64,000 nucleotides of DNA from an uncultured Gammaproteobacteria bacterium (lineage in GTDB: Bacteria > Patescibacteriota > Microgenomatia > Daviesbacterales > UBA10151). The notes under the pieces are model-generated. The model was not told where the DNA came from. It worked only from the letters and a program-made list of their open reading frames with translations, and made no database searches. Shown here one piece after another: positions 17,250-27,212 of the stretch. The stretch's first letter is position 1. Each line of letters opens with the position of its first letter. The position numbers and the translations under genes were made by a program. The stretch covers positions 7,020 to 71,019 of the forward strand of contig CAZJNI010000005.1 of assembly GCA_964547465.1 (NCBI GenBank), read 5' to 3'.

Positions 17250-17743
17250 ACACAACAGATAATCAGAATGAACTTCTAGTAGTTGTTGATCCTGATGATA
17301 AAGTTTTAGACTATCTTCCCCGCAAAGTGGTCCATGCACAAAAATTATTACATAGGACAATAAGCGTTTCTGTTTTCAATGACAAAGGAGAAATACTTCT
17401 CCAAAAAAGAAGTGCTACAAAAGATAGTAATGCTGGTAAGTGGGCTAATGCTGCTGGAGGACATGTAACTAAAAATAAAGATTATGAAGAAACCACAAGT
17501 AGAGAAGTTGAAGAAGAACTTGGCATCCAGCCAAAACTTACTTTAATTAAGAAGATGATAATAAATGATCCAGTCCACACCACCATGACTTGTGTGTACA
17601 AAACTTTTGCAAATGGTCCTTTTGAGTTTAATAAAGAGGAAATTGATGAAGTTAAGTTTTATTCCAAACAAAATTTAAGGACTATTGAAAATCAACTTTC
17701 TGAATCAGCAAGAATTGTTTTACACTTACAAGGAATGATATGA
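17246..17743 (+). CDS. Nudix hydrolase resembling type-1 IPP isomerase (Idi-like). The catalytic Cys is not conserved (NAAGGHV).
   Basis: Nudix box GG.....EE....REV.EELG. Its position in the mevalonate operon supports the call. Confidence 0.55.
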   Translation: MNTTDNQNELLVVVDPDDKVLDYLPRKVVHAQKLLHRTISVSVFNDKGEILLQKRSATKDSNAGKWANAAGGHVTKNKDYEETTSREVEEELGIQPKLTLIKKMIINDPVHTTMTCVYKTFANGPFEFNKEEIDEVKFYSKQNLRTIENQLSESARIVLHLQGMI

Positions 17744-18732
17744 AAGCTACAGCTATTGCACCAACTAATATTGCTTTTACCAAATATTGGGGTAAAAAAG
17801 ATGAAGTTTTACGCTTGCCGGAGAATGGTTCTATCTCCATGACTCTAAGCAATCTTTTAGCCACCACTACAGTTGAATTTTCCCCTACTTATAAAAAGGA
17901 TCTGATCATAATAAATGGAGGCGGAGTTGAAGTAGATGAAGCAGAAAGAGTGATTAAACATCTAGACAGAGTCAGAAATTTAGCTTCCCACCTCGAAGGT
18001 GCAAAGCTAAAAGCTAAGGTGGTTTCTAAAAATAATTTTCCCATAGGTACCGGGCTTTCATCCTCTGCTTCTGGCTTTGCAGCATTAACTTTGGCAGCGT
18101 CTCAAGCTGTCGGATTAAAACTTTCAGAAAAGCAGTTATCCGTTCTGGCCAGGCAAGGAGCTGGATCTGCTTGCAGATCTATTCCTTCTGGCTTTGTAGA
18201 ATGGTTAGATGGAAATACTTCTGATACCTCCTATGCCAAACAGATTTTTCCGCCAAATTATTGGGCTATAGCAGATGTAGTGACAATTGTTTCTGAAGGT
18301 AAAAAAGAAGTTTCTTCCTCTTTGGGAATGAAGGTGGCACGCTCCTCCCCTTTTATGAAACTTAGGCTTTCCAGAATGAAGCAGAAGAATAAACAAGTTA
18401 AACAGTTTATAAAAACGCGGAATTTTAAAGCTTTAGGAGAACTTACTGAACAAGATGCGCTGGAACTGCACTCTATTATGTTAACCCAATACCCTCCATT
18501 AATTTATTGGACTCCGGGAACGCTGCAGATTATGAAATTAGTTCCACACTGGAGAAAGATGGGAATTCCTGTTTATTTCACCATTAACACCGGCCAGGAT
18601 ATTCACCTAATTTGTGAGCAAAAAAATGTAGAAAAAGTAGTGGCTAAATTAAAAAGCTTAAATTTTGTAAAAGATATTATCGTTAATACCCCAGGAGAAG
18701 GAGTAAGACTTTCAGAAAAACATCTTTTCTAA
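17740..18732 (+). CDS. mvaD: Diphosphomevalonate decarboxylase.
   Basis: GHMP-type motif GTGLSSSASGFAAL and an MVD-like N-terminus. Confidence 0.85.
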   Translation: MKATAIAPTNIAFTKYWGKKDEVLRLPENGSISMTLSNLLATTTVEFSPTYKKDLIIINGGGVEVDEAERVIKHLDRVRNLASHLEGAKLKAKVVSKNNFPIGTGLSSSASGFAALTLAASQAVGLKLSEKQLSVLARQGAGSACRSIPSGFVEWLDGNTSDTSYAKQIFPPNYWAIADVVTIVSEGKKEVSSSLGMKVARSSPFMKLRLSRMKQKNKQVKQFIKTRNFKALGELTEQDALELHSIMLTQYPPLIYWTPGTLQIMKLVPHWRKMGIPVYFTINTGQDIHLICEQKNVEKVVAKLKSLNFVKDIIVNTPGEGVRLSEKHLF

Positions 18733-19259
18733 CTAAAAAATCCTGTTTGTTTTAACACTTTTAACCCCTCTTTTGCCCAGGCTGTATAGTTTTGTGGGTT
18801 TGCTTCCATATCTTTAAGAACCTCTTCTTTATCCACCCATTTTGCTTCATACCCCATATCAGGGTTTAGTTTAATTTCTCCATTATATTCTCCCGCTAAA
18901 ATATGATCATGTTCATTCTCGCAAAGCCCATTTATTTTGGCATAATAATTAAACTCCCCAATTTCCCTGATTTCCCCAATCTCCCTTATCTGATACTCAT
19001 CTAAAAGAGCGCGTCTAGCTGCCTCCTCCAAAGTCTCATCCCCTTTTTCCAGATGCAAAGGATGAGTGGAAGCTGTAAAATCCCAAATATTATCAAAAAC
19101 TTTATGTTTTCTTCTCTGAAGTAAAACTTGACCTTTATTATTGTAAATTAAAACAGTGATGGCTAAATGCCTTCTTCCCTGCCCTGTGTGACCTATTTCT
19201 TTTGGAATATATTTCTGGAATTTTCCCTGATCATCACAAGCTAAAATTGTTTGTTCCAT
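18729..19259 (-). CDS. Second Nudix/Idi-like hydrolase carrying an EIGEIREIGE insertion from 9-nt repeats.
   Basis: Nudix motif E.L.EAARRALLDEYQI. The insertion is encoded by a repeat. Confidence 0.5.
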   Translation of the reverse strand: MEQTILACDDQGKFQKYIPKEIGHTGQGRRHLAITVLIYNNKGQVLLQRRKHKVFDNIWDFTASTHPLHLEKGDETLEEAARRALLDEYQIREIGEIREIGEFNYYAKINGLCENEHDHILAGEYNGEIKLNPDMGYEAKWVDKEEVLKDMEANPQNYTAWAKEGLKVLKQTGFFS

Positions 19260-19268
19260 TTGGGTATT

Positions 19269-20033
19269 TTAAACTGCCAGATTCAAAGCTTCAAGAGTGG
19301 TTATTGTAATATAAATCACTAAAACTCCTATAAAGAGCATAATGGTTTCCCAAAAAGCCTTTTTTTGATTTTCCCGGGAGTGAATTTCCGGAATTAAATT
19401 TGCTGCAGCAATATAGATGAAAAAACCTGAAGTTAGCGCTAATACAACTGGCAGTAACCCTGCAATAAAATCTTTGGCCAGATAGGTTATTATTGCCCCG
19501 GCCATAGCTGCTAGCGCTGAATAGAAGTTAATTAATAATACTTTTTTCCTTGATACCCCTTTATTGAGCATTAAACCAAAATCTCCTATTTCCTGGGGGA
19601 TTTCATGAGCAGCAACAGCAAGTGAAGTCACAATTCCTAAAGGAATAGATACTAAAAATGTTCCTGCCATTGCCACACCATCTATAAAATTATGTACGCT
19701 GTCTCCAATTACAATTAAAGGTACTACAGTCTTTTTCTCACCTGGATTTATGAATTGTTCATGATGGTGAATAAATCTTTCTAAAATAAAAAATGCTAGG
19801 ATTCCAATAAAAGTCCAAAGGAAAATACTAACTTCACCTTCCCCTGCTGCCTCTTGAGCTTCCGGTAATAGATCAAAAAAAGCAGTGCCCAGTAACGCTC
19901 CTGCTGCAAATGATGCTAAATAGTGAGAAATTTTGATGGCAAATTTCTCTCTGGCTAAGAGTAGTACTCCACCAATTAGAGAAACCACACTACCTATGAA
20001 GCTAAATATTAGAATATACCCTAAAATCGGCAT
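19269..20033 (-). CDS. ZIP family metal (Zn/Fe) transporter.
   Basis: Contains HEIPQEIGDF and HNFIDG, with a multi-TM topology. Confidence 0.85.
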   Translation of the reverse strand: MPILGYILIFSFIGSVVSLIGGVLLLAREKFAIKISHYLASFAAGALLGTAFFDLLPEAQEAAGEGEVSIFLWTFIGILAFFILERFIHHHEQFINPGEKKTVVPLIVIGDSVHNFIDGVAMAGTFLVSIPLGIVTSLAVAAHEIPQEIGDFGLMLNKGVSRKKVLLINFYSALAAMAGAIITYLAKDFIAGLLPVVLALTSGFFIYIAAANLIPEIHSRENQKKAFWETIMLFIGVLVIYITITTLEALNLAV

Positions 20034-20050
20034 GTAGAAATTATACCTTA

Positions 20051-20680
20051 TTACTCCGTAGTTTTCTCGGGGCCCTGATTTAGATAAGCATCAATAAATT
20101 TTTCTATGCGGGGTTGATCAAACTCATTAAATTTATCTATATAATTCCAGGCTGTTAAGGCAATTCTCGCATCCAAATTTGGTCTGGGGACTACAATCAG
20201 TCTTATTTTACCCTTTTTCTCATAAATGGAAATCAGCTGATCAACTAACTTATGGCAATCCTCGCTTTTGAATTCATCAGATAAGGTAGCTGATGAACTG
20301 GATTCTTGTGTGGATTGGCTGGTTTCCTCCTCTACTCCATGAGCATAAACTGTACTTGTAACTTGTAACTTGTAACTTGTAACTTTGTAATCACAGTTAT
20401 ATGACATGATCACGTATCCATGTTCCAGTGAATGAACCAGGTTTCCATCATCTTTAGGTCCCTCATACACTCCGGATCTAACCCAATCTTCATAGTGTGA
20501 TCCTGACGTGGGAGGATTGGAATTGTAATCTACTTTCTCTCCAACCGGCACATGTTTTCTGCCTAAATCAGATATCTTCTGTCCCGATAAAGGCTTTGAA
20601 GATGCAATAAAAAGCCAGGCTAGAAAGGCAGCTAATATAAGGAGGGCAGCTGCTCCGATTATTAAAGTTTTTTTAGACAT
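20051..20680 (-). CDS. Secreted DUF3105-like protein.
   Basis: N-terminal signal/TM followed by HGYVIMSYNC. It is adjacent to the DsbA-like gene. Confidence 0.5.
   Translation of the reverse strand: MSKKTLIIGAAALLILAAFLAWLFIASSKPLSGQKISDLGRKHVPVGEKVDYNSNPPTSGSHYEDWVRSGVYEGPKDDGNLVHSLEHGYVIMSYNCDYKVTSYKLQVTSTVYAHGVEEETSQSTQESSSSATLSDEFKSEDCHKLVDQLISIYEKKGKIRLIVVPRPNLDARIALTAWNYIDKFNEFDQPRIEKFIDAYLNQGPEKTTE
20354..20389. repeat. Heptamer tandem repeat (ACTTGTA) x4 plus one imperfect unit inside the coding sequence, encoding YKLQVTS repeats.
   Basis: Perfect period-7 repeat. Confidence 0.9.
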
Positions 20681-21460
20681 TTAAAAAATATTCTGTTGGT
20701 TTTGGAAAACCAGATCATGATACTGCCAGTATTTATTTTGATCACCTGCACATCTGGCTGCTTCAGCTGCTTTTTGTGCTCCCGGGTGAATCTGACTAAG
20801 TGGAAAATCTCTGTAATAGAATTTCACTAATCCTTTATCTATATATTCTTTTTTAATTTGCCCTTCTGCCTGGCTAAAATGTCTACCACAGAATGGGCAT
20901 TGATAATCTGAAAATTCAATCAGGGTTACTTTGGCATTTTGATTGCCTGAAACAGGCAAATCCCCTATCCCTACAGTCTGCCTTTGGGTATTGTCTGGAG
21001 CTTTTCCTGATAATTCCTCATCTATAACTTGTTTGAATTGCTCAAAGGGTACTGCACCGGAAATTAATCTTCCGTTAATAAAAAATGCCGGTGTCCCATT
21101 TACCCCAACTTCAGTCCCATCATTTAAATCAGCAGAAACCAATGAAGCTTTAGAGCCAGAATCTAAACAGGAATTGAATTTATTAGTATCCAAGCCTAAT
21201 TTACCTGCATAATCTTTCAGGTTTTTGACAATATCTGCCTCGGTTTTTTGAGCTTGAGCTTGAGCTGCAGGTTGTTGTGTTGGTTGGACTTGACTGGTAG
21301 TTGATACTCCACCTACTCTAATAACTCCTCCGGCTGTTAAGATACTAACACCTATCACAAATGAGCCCAAAAGAATTGCAACAGGGGTAGTTAGAAAAGG
21401 ATTTGGCTTGTCTTCCATGTTTATTGTCACATAATACCGAAAGCTTGCTGCGCCGGTCAC
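20681..21460 (-). CDS. DsbA-family thiol:disulfide oxidoreductase with an N-terminal membrane anchor.
   Basis: CPFC active site (DYQCPFCGRH). Confidence 0.75.
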   Translation of the reverse strand: MTGAASFRYYVTINMEDKPNPFLTTPVAILLGSFVIGVSILTAGGVIRVGGVSTTSQVQPTQQPAAQAQAQKTEADIVKNLKDYAGKLGLDTNKFNSCLDSGSKASLVSADLNDGTEVGVNGTPAFFINGRLISGAVPFEQFKQVIDEELSGKAPDNTQRQTVGIGDLPVSGNQNAKVTLIEFSDYQCPFCGRHFSQAEGQIKKEYIDKGLVKFYYRDFPLSQIHPGAQKAAEAARCAGDQNKYWQYHDLVFQNQQNIF

Positions 21461-21522
21461 AAATCCTGTGACAAGAACTTGTTCATTTAGTCTAAAGGGA
21501 AAAAATCATTGTGTCAAGACTC

Positions 21523-22098
21523 TTAATTAAACTGGTTTTGGGCTTTTTCCAAACCTTTCTCCAAAAGTAAATCCAGCGCTTTTATAGCTTGTTTTAACAT
21601 ATGCTTAACCGGTGATTTTTCAGAATGTATAAATGGCTCTAAAACAAATTTTTCTGCAGAAACATGAACTCTTCTGTGTTCTGCAGATTGAGTTTTTAAA
21701 TTTCCTATCCCCAACCTAACCCTGATAAATTGATCTGAACCTAAATGCTGCATAATAGATTCAACCCCATGATGGCCTGCAGCTGCTCCTCCCATTCTGA
21801 CCTTAATTTTTCCTAAGGGTAAATCCAACTCATCATATACAACAATTACATCAGTAGTTGGTATTTTGTAATAAGCAGTAAGTAATTTAACTGCTAGACC
21901 AGAGTTGTTCATATAAGCTTGGGGCCGAGCCAAAATTATCTCATCTTTCTTGACTATTTCTGACTTGAATTTTCCCTCATCTGCCCAATCTCCCCAATCC
22001 CCCTCACGCCTAAATTCTTCCACGGCATTAAAGCCCAAATTATGCCTGACGTTTTGATATTTTTCCCCAGGATTTCCCAAACCTACAACTAATTTCAT
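21523..22098 (-). CDS. pth: Peptidyl-tRNA hydrolase.
   Basis: N-terminus MKLVVGLGNPG.KY...RHNLGF. Confidence 0.9.
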   Translation of the reverse strand: MKLVVGLGNPGEKYQNVRHNLGFNAVEEFRREGDWGDWADEGKFKSEIVKKDEIILARPQAYMNNSGLAVKLLTAYYKIPTTDVIVVYDELDLPLGKIKVRMGGAAAGHHGVESIMQHLGSDQFIRVRLGIGNLKTQSAEHRRVHVSAEKFVLEPFIHSEKSPVKHMLKQAIKALDLLLEKGLEKAQNQFN

Positions 22099-22871
22099 TT
22101 CAAAGCCTCCAAAATCTGATTATGAATTAAACCATTTGAGGCAATAACACCAATTTTTTCTTTACTCCAATTGGGTTCTTTACCTGTCAAATCAGTCACT
22201 TTTCCTCCAGCCTCCCTAACAATTACAGTTCCTGCTAAATTATCCCAGATTCCACCTATCTGAATATGTAATGTTAAAACCCCTTTTGCCACTAAAGCAA
22301 GTGACAGCGCTCCTGATCCTAAACTGTAAATATACCCAACCTTATTCATTAAAGATGAAATGTAAGTCTCAAACTTTTCTTGCCTTTGGTTTTTATGTCC
22401 AAAATCAAGCGAAACAGTTGAGCTATTTAAACTATTTTTTTTATTAACTTTAATCCTTTTATTATTTAAAAAAGCTCCTTTACTATCTGCTGAATAAAGA
22501 TCTCCTCTTTCTACATGATAAATAACTCCTGTAATTGGATAATTATTTTTCATTAGCCCAATTGATACTGTAAAAGTAGGCATACCTGTTGCATAAGATA
22601 TTGTTCCGTCTAAAGGGTCTACAGCCCAAGTAAACTCTGAGTTGTTATTAATTTTGGTTTTTTCTTCTGCCAATATATTGTGGTCTGGAAAATTTTTACT
22701 TAACAGCGAAATAATAATTTTTTCCGCTTCAGTATCAGCAATAGTTGCAAAATCAGATGCATCTCCAAATTTAACATTACGTTTTAAATTTTTACCAGAA
22801 TATTTTTGTATTATCTTTCCAGCTTCTAGTGCAACTTGCTTAGCAACTTTTAAAAATTGATCTTCACTCAT
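22095..22871 (-). CDS. Inositol monophosphatase family protein.
   Basis: Contains WAVDPLDGT and GSGALSLALVA. Confidence 0.8.
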   Translation of the reverse strand: MSEDQFLKVAKQVALEAGKIIQKYSGKNLKRNVKFGDASDFATIADTEAEKIIISLLSKNFPDHNILAEEKTKINNNSEFTWAVDPLDGTISYATGMPTFTVSIGLMKNNYPITGVIYHVERGDLYSADSKGAFLNNKRIKVNKKNSLNSSTVSLDFGHKNQRQEKFETYISSLMNKVGYIYSLGSGALSLALVAKGVLTLHIQIGGIWDNLAGTVIVREAGGKVTDLTGKEPNWSKEKIGVIASNGLIHNQILEALK

Positions 22872-23500
22872 GACAGCAATTGTATCACCTCTTCATCAGA
22901 AACGGGTAAGAACTCATGGTAAAACTGGCCAACTGCTTGGAAATCTTCTGGTGTTTCTAACACTATCACCTCCCCTATCTCCCTTATCTCCCCAATTTCC
23001 CCTCTCACCCTTTCTACTGACTCCTTACTAGCCACAGGTACAGCTAAAACGATCTTTTTAGCTTGATGTCTTTTTAAAAACCTGATGGCAGCCAAAATAG
23101 TAGCACCTGTAGCTATCCCATCATCCACCAAAATCACAACTTTATCACTCACCTCCAGAGGATTCCTTCCTCCTCTATAGAGCTTTTCTCTTCTTTTAAT
23201 CTCCCCAATTTCCCTATCGATTATTTCCCTTATTTCCCCAACCTCCCCAAATTCCCCTACCACCTTACCATCCCCATCCACTGCTCCCAATGCCAGCTCA
23301 GGTTGCATAGGAGCTCCAATTTTTCTGGTTACAATAATGTCCAGAGGCAACTTTAGCTCCTTAGCCACTTCAGCTGCCACCACCACTCCACCTCTGGGAA
23401 TTCCTAAAACTATCCCCTTATCCCCCAAATCTCCCTTAAGATGTTTCGCCAGTATTTTCCCGGCAGATTGGCGATCTTTAAATATCTTCATTCTAGTCAA
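22868..23500 (-). CDS. Phosphoribosyltransferase-domain protein carrying (EIG/EIR)n repeat insertions.
   Basis: PRPP-binding loop VILVDDGIATGATI. Confidence 0.75.
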   Translation of the reverse strand: MTRMKIFKDRQSAGKILAKHLKGDLGDKGIVLGIPRGGVVVAAEVAKELKLPLDIIVTRKIGAPMQPELALGAVDGDGKVVGEFGEVGEIREIIDREIGEIKRREKLYRGGRNPLEVSDKVVILVDDGIATGATILAAIRFLKRHQAKKIVLAVPVASKESVERVRGEIGEIREIGEVIVLETPEDFQAVGQFYHEFLPVSDEEVIQLLS

Positions 23501-24866
23501 ACAATCCTAGCTGCGGAGCTTCTTTTATCAGATCGCCCCTATCTCCCTGATTACCCTGATCTGCCCATATCTTCACTACTCCATAAACTCCATCATATCC
23601 CGGATCTATTACCAAATCTCCTCTCCTATCCTTATCTACCCCTTCTGCCACTTTAGGCCCTGATATTTTGGCTATATCATCCAAAGAAGCTTTGGTTAAA
23701 ACCTTAATTTCTCCCCCCAAAGTAGTTACTAACTTTTTGTATTCATTTAAAACCTTTTGGCTTGTTGGAGCAGTATTTAATACTTCTGCTATAACTTGGT
23801 GCAGGGGCACTAACATTCTATATCCCGCTCTACTGGGAAAGGTCTTACTTTTTATTACCCCAATCTCTTTTATCTCCCCAATTTCCCCTATCTTCCTTCC
23901 TGCCAACTCCTCCACTCTTTCCATAACCCCCACTGTTAAACCTCTTTTACAAACCGGACAAATAGTCCCTTTTGCTTTAGTATCCTCCGGGGTGTATTTC
24001 ACATTGCAATTTCTGTGTCCGGTATAGTGATATTTTCCCTGCTCCGGATAAAACTCCAAAGTCCCGATTACCTTGTCATTGCGAGTCCGCCCATTGGCGG
24101 ACGTGGCAATCTCTTGATTAGATTGCTTCGCTCCGCTCGCAATGACGGAGGGAGAAGTAATTGCACTCCATAAACCATCGTAAGTAAATTCTCCAGCAAA
24201 AACAGTTGCCTCCCTGCCTAGATTTGGCAGCGAATGAGCATCTGAAAAAGAAATAATAGATCTATTATCCAGCTCTTTAACTCTCCAGTTCATGGCCGGA
24301 TCCGAGCTCAAACCGGTTTCTATACCATAAACATATTCAGTTAAATCCTCAAAACACTCCTCCAGCGAATCATAGCCTGATTCAGAACCAAAAACTCCAA
24401 ACCAGGGAGTCCAGGCATGAGCAGGAATAAATAAAGCTTTATCAGATGCTTGCAAAGCCAAAGAAAGCAAATCTTTAGAGGATATACCTACAATAGGCCT
24501 ACCATCAGAGCCTAAATTGGCCTTTCTTGATAAAAGCTCTTTTTGAAAAACTTCAGCAGAGGCAAAATCAGGAAGAATTACTAAATTATGCACCCTTCTT
24601 CCTCTATTCTTATCTGTATAAATCGAGGCAATTTCAACTGTTAAAACAAACCTAATCTCCGAGGAATTATGCTTCAGGAATCCTGATCCATCTTCTGTCA
24701 GATCCTTTTTGAGCTCGGCAAACCAAAGAGGATGCAGGGAATCCCCTGTTCCCAAAACATTAATACCCTTATACTTTGCCCATTCAACTAAATTTGGGAT
24801 ATTTAATTGCGGGGAGCAGGCTCTGGAAAACCTGGAATGAATATGCAAATCCGCCACATATGCCAT
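23493..24866 (-). CDS. PHP-domain protein resembling endonuclease Q, with a C-terminal Zn finger. It carries a MITE insertion and EIGEIKEIG repeats.
   Basis: N-terminal DLHIHSRFSRACS (PHP), NVLGTGD, and a C-terminal CPVCKRG zinc motif. Confidence 0.45.
   Translation of the reverse strand: MAYVADLHIHSRFSRACSPQLNIPNLVEWAKYKGINVLGTGDSLHPLWFAELKKDLTEDGSGFLKHNSSEIRFVLTVEIASIYTDKNRGRRVHNLVILPDFASAEVFQKELLSRKANLGSDGRPIVGISSKDLLSLALQASDKALFIPAHAWTPWFGVFGSESGYDSLEECFEDLTEYVYGIETGLSSDPAMNWRVKELDNRSIISFSDAHSLPNLGREATVFAGEFTYDGLWSAITSPSVIASGAKQSNQEIATSANGRTRNDKVIGTLEFYPEQGKYHYTGHRNCNVKYTPEDTKAKGTICPVCKRGLTVGVMERVEELAGRKIGEIGEIKEIGVIKSKTFPSRAGYRMLVPLHQVIAEVLNTAPTSQKVLNEYKKLVTTLGGEIKVLTKASLDDIAKISGPKVAEGVDKDRRGDLVIDPGYDGVYGVVKIWADQGNQGDRGDLIKEAPQLGLFD
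24075..24146. mobile_element. Palindromic MITE-like element of 72 bp, in-frame within the EndoQ-like gene.
   Basis: gtcattgcgag-tccgcccattggcgga-cgtggcaatc...gattgcttcgctccgctcgcaatgac. Confidence 0.85.
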
Positions 24867-24885
24867 ATTGCAGGGATTCTACCAC

Positions 24886-25263
24886 TTAGCCCCTTACCTG
24901 TACAAACTGGAAATAGTTTCCATCCACATCCTCAAAAGTGGCAATATATCCATATCCTTCAACATGGTAGATATCGGCTACTACTTTGACCCCAGCATCT
25001 GTTAATCTTTTTACTTCCACTTCCTCATCATCCACTTCTATATTAAACATGATTCTGGCTGGGTTTGTATTTTTACCCTTTATATCTGAATGCGGTAAAA
25101 TTGTTAAACCAGTACTACCTACCTTAAACATAAAGCCAGCTTCCCCTTTCTCTCCATATTCAAACTCATCCTCAAACTCTAGTCCTACTTTATCTTTGTA
25201 GAAATCAGCTAAAGCTTTTGGATTTTCTGATGAAATTAAAACTGAATCTAATCCTCTAATCAT
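24886..25263 (-). CDS. VOC/glyoxalase-family protein.
   Basis: ~125 aa with the beta-alpha-beta-beta-beta module pattern. Confidence 0.6.
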   Translation of the reverse strand: MIRGLDSVLISSENPKALADFYKDKVGLEFEDEFEYGEKGEAGFMFKVGSTGLTILPHSDIKGKNTNPARIMFNIEVDDEEVEVKRLTDAGVKVVADIYHVEGYGYIATFEDVDGNYFQFVQVRG

Positions 25264-25311
25264 TTATTCTCACCCCCTTTCACTTTTTGCGAAGCAAATA
25301 GCAAGCTCTGC

Positions 25312-27168
25312 TTATTTTTTAAATTGTTGTTGGTACATTTCAATCAGCTCTTTCACTGTTGTTGCATCTTCTGCTTTTTTGTCTGCTTCACGGAATTTAA
25401 CAAGTCTGGGGAATCTTAAAGCATAGCCAGGCTCAGAGCTAGTCTTACCAGCTGTATGAGTTGGGGATCTGGTAATCTCATCTGCCAAAACTTCTATCAC
25501 GATTTTTGGTATTACCCAAACACTGGGCGTGATTAATGATTTCACCCGTGCTGGCTTACTTTGCACTTTGAACTTTTCACTTTTCACTTTTATTTCTCTC
25601 CATTCCTCATCTGTTAAACCGGTGCCGATTTTGGAAACAGTCACGAATTCGTCTTTCGACTCATCGTAAACCCCGACGAGTAGTGCCCCAGCCCCAAAAC
25701 TAGATCTTTTCCCTTTACCAAAAATATAACCCAAAATTACACAATCAATTGTATCGGAAAGCTCACCACTGGAGTGTCGCTTTAGCTTAACCCAGTTAAA
25801 ATTCCTTCCTCCAGCCTCATATTTACTATCAGGCCTTTTAACAATTAATCCCTCCAATCCTTTTGTTAGTGCATCATCAAAAAGTTCCTGTATTCTATCA
25901 GGCGAGTCTGTTATTTCCCCAGGTTGTGGAATCAGCACCTCGTTACCTTTTACCGTCTGCTCTAGATTCTTGATTCTTGACTCTAGCGACTCTTCCATTA
26001 GGGATTTGCCATTTAAATACATAATGTCAAATACAAAAGCTTTCAGCGGAAGTTTTACTGCCATCTCTTCTATTCCATACTTACGGCGCCTTTTGGTAGT
26101 TTCCTGAAATGGCAAAAATTCTTCTGATACAGGATTAAAAGCCAGAGCTTCTGAATCCAGAATTGCAGATTTTGCTTTTACTTGAGACAATACTCCTTTA
26201 ATAATTTCCGGAAACATGGGGGTTGTTTCTTCCAAATTCCGGGAAAATAACCTTACCACAGTCTTGTCATTGCGAGGGTCCGAAGGACCCGTGGCAATCT
26301 TACTGAGATTAGCAGAAGATGAAATCTTATTATTATCTTTAGAAGATTGCTTCGCCACTTTGTGGTCTCGCAATGACGAGCCGGTGCGATCTAAATGAAT
26401 TTGTACCCTGAAGCCATCAAATTTTTGCTGAACATGAGCCGCTCCTCCAAACTTTTCCAAAATAGTTTTGGGATCAGGCAGTCTCTCTGCCAACTGAGAG
26501 CGGATCGGTCTTCCCACGGTTACATCCAGATCCCGAACTCCCCGAATACCCCGAGACCACAAAACCTCTCCAATTAAACCTAGATCGGAAGTTCTATTAT
26601 ATGCTTCTTCAAGCTCTTTTCTTTTTTTTCTATCCCCCAGTTTTGAAGCAGCAAATGCATCTAAAATAGTGGGGTCCCCTATTCCAAGTCTTGACACACC
26701 AAGTGGAATTCTAACCAGATGCTTGGCGCCTATCCCATCCACTTTTTGTAAAAGTCCAACCAAGCTGGATACTTTTTTCTCAACAGTCCCCTCCCCAGTT
26801 GTCTTTGCAATTTCAGTTAATACTTCAAAAACCTCATTCACTCTTAAATCTTTAATCTTAAATCTTAAATCTTTTGCTAGATTCTCCGCTACCAACCCTA
26901 AATCCCCAACTTTTCCATATTCTTTTAGCACTTGCTCACGACTCACCCCATATGCTCGGGCCATACTTTGAGCAATCAACTTCTCACTCATCCCAATCTC
27001 AATAGGTTCATAAAAAGGGGCTACTCTACCCTGAAGTAAATAAACAACTTGGGCTATCTCATCTGATTTAACTTCATTGAAGAGCTTAGACATAATGTCA
27101 ATTAAAGCTAGACGGGAGGAGGTCTCTTCTAATTTTTCAAAATACTGTACAAGGCGCGAAAATAACAT
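25312..27168 (-). CDS. ATP-dependent DNA ligase (archaeal/eukaryotic Lig1-like) carrying a MITE insertion.
   Basis: Adenylation motif KFDGFRVQIH (KxDG) and a conserved C-terminal OB region. Confidence 0.85.
   Translation of the reverse strand: MLFSRLVQYFEKLEETSSRLALIDIMSKLFNEVKSDEIAQVVYLLQGRVAPFYEPIEIGMSEKLIAQSMARAYGVSREQVLKEYGKVGDLGLVAENLAKDLRFKIKDLRVNEVFEVLTEIAKTTGEGTVEKKVSSLVGLLQKVDGIGAKHLVRIPLGVSRLGIGDPTILDAFAASKLGDRKKRKELEEAYNRTSDLGLIGEVLWSRGIRGVRDLDVTVGRPIRSQLAERLPDPKTILEKFGGAAHVQQKFDGFRVQIHLDRTGSSLRDHKVAKQSSKDNNKISSSANLSKIATGPSDPRNDKTVVRLFSRNLEETTPMFPEIIKGVLSQVKAKSAILDSEALAFNPVSEEFLPFQETTKRRRKYGIEEMAVKLPLKAFVFDIMYLNGKSLMEESLESRIKNLEQTVKGNEVLIPQPGEITDSPDRIQELFDDALTKGLEGLIVKRPDSKYEAGGRNFNWVKLKRHSSGELSDTIDCVILGYIFGKGKRSSFGAGALLVGVYDESKDEFVTVSKIGTGLTDEEWREIKVKSEKFKVQSKPARVKSLITPSVWVIPKIVIEVLADEITRSPTHTAGKTSSEPGYALRFPRLVKFREADKKAEDATTVKELIEMYQQQFKK
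26266..26377. mobile_element. Palindromic MITE-like element (~112 bp, long variant) within the ligase gene.
   Basis: gtcattgcgag-ggtccgaaggaccc-gtggcaatc...gattgcttcgccactttgtggtctcgcaatgac. Confidence 0.85.
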
Positions 27169-27212
27169 TAGTAGGATTGTAATAGATTAGGTTTATCTTG
27201 TAAAATATAAAA

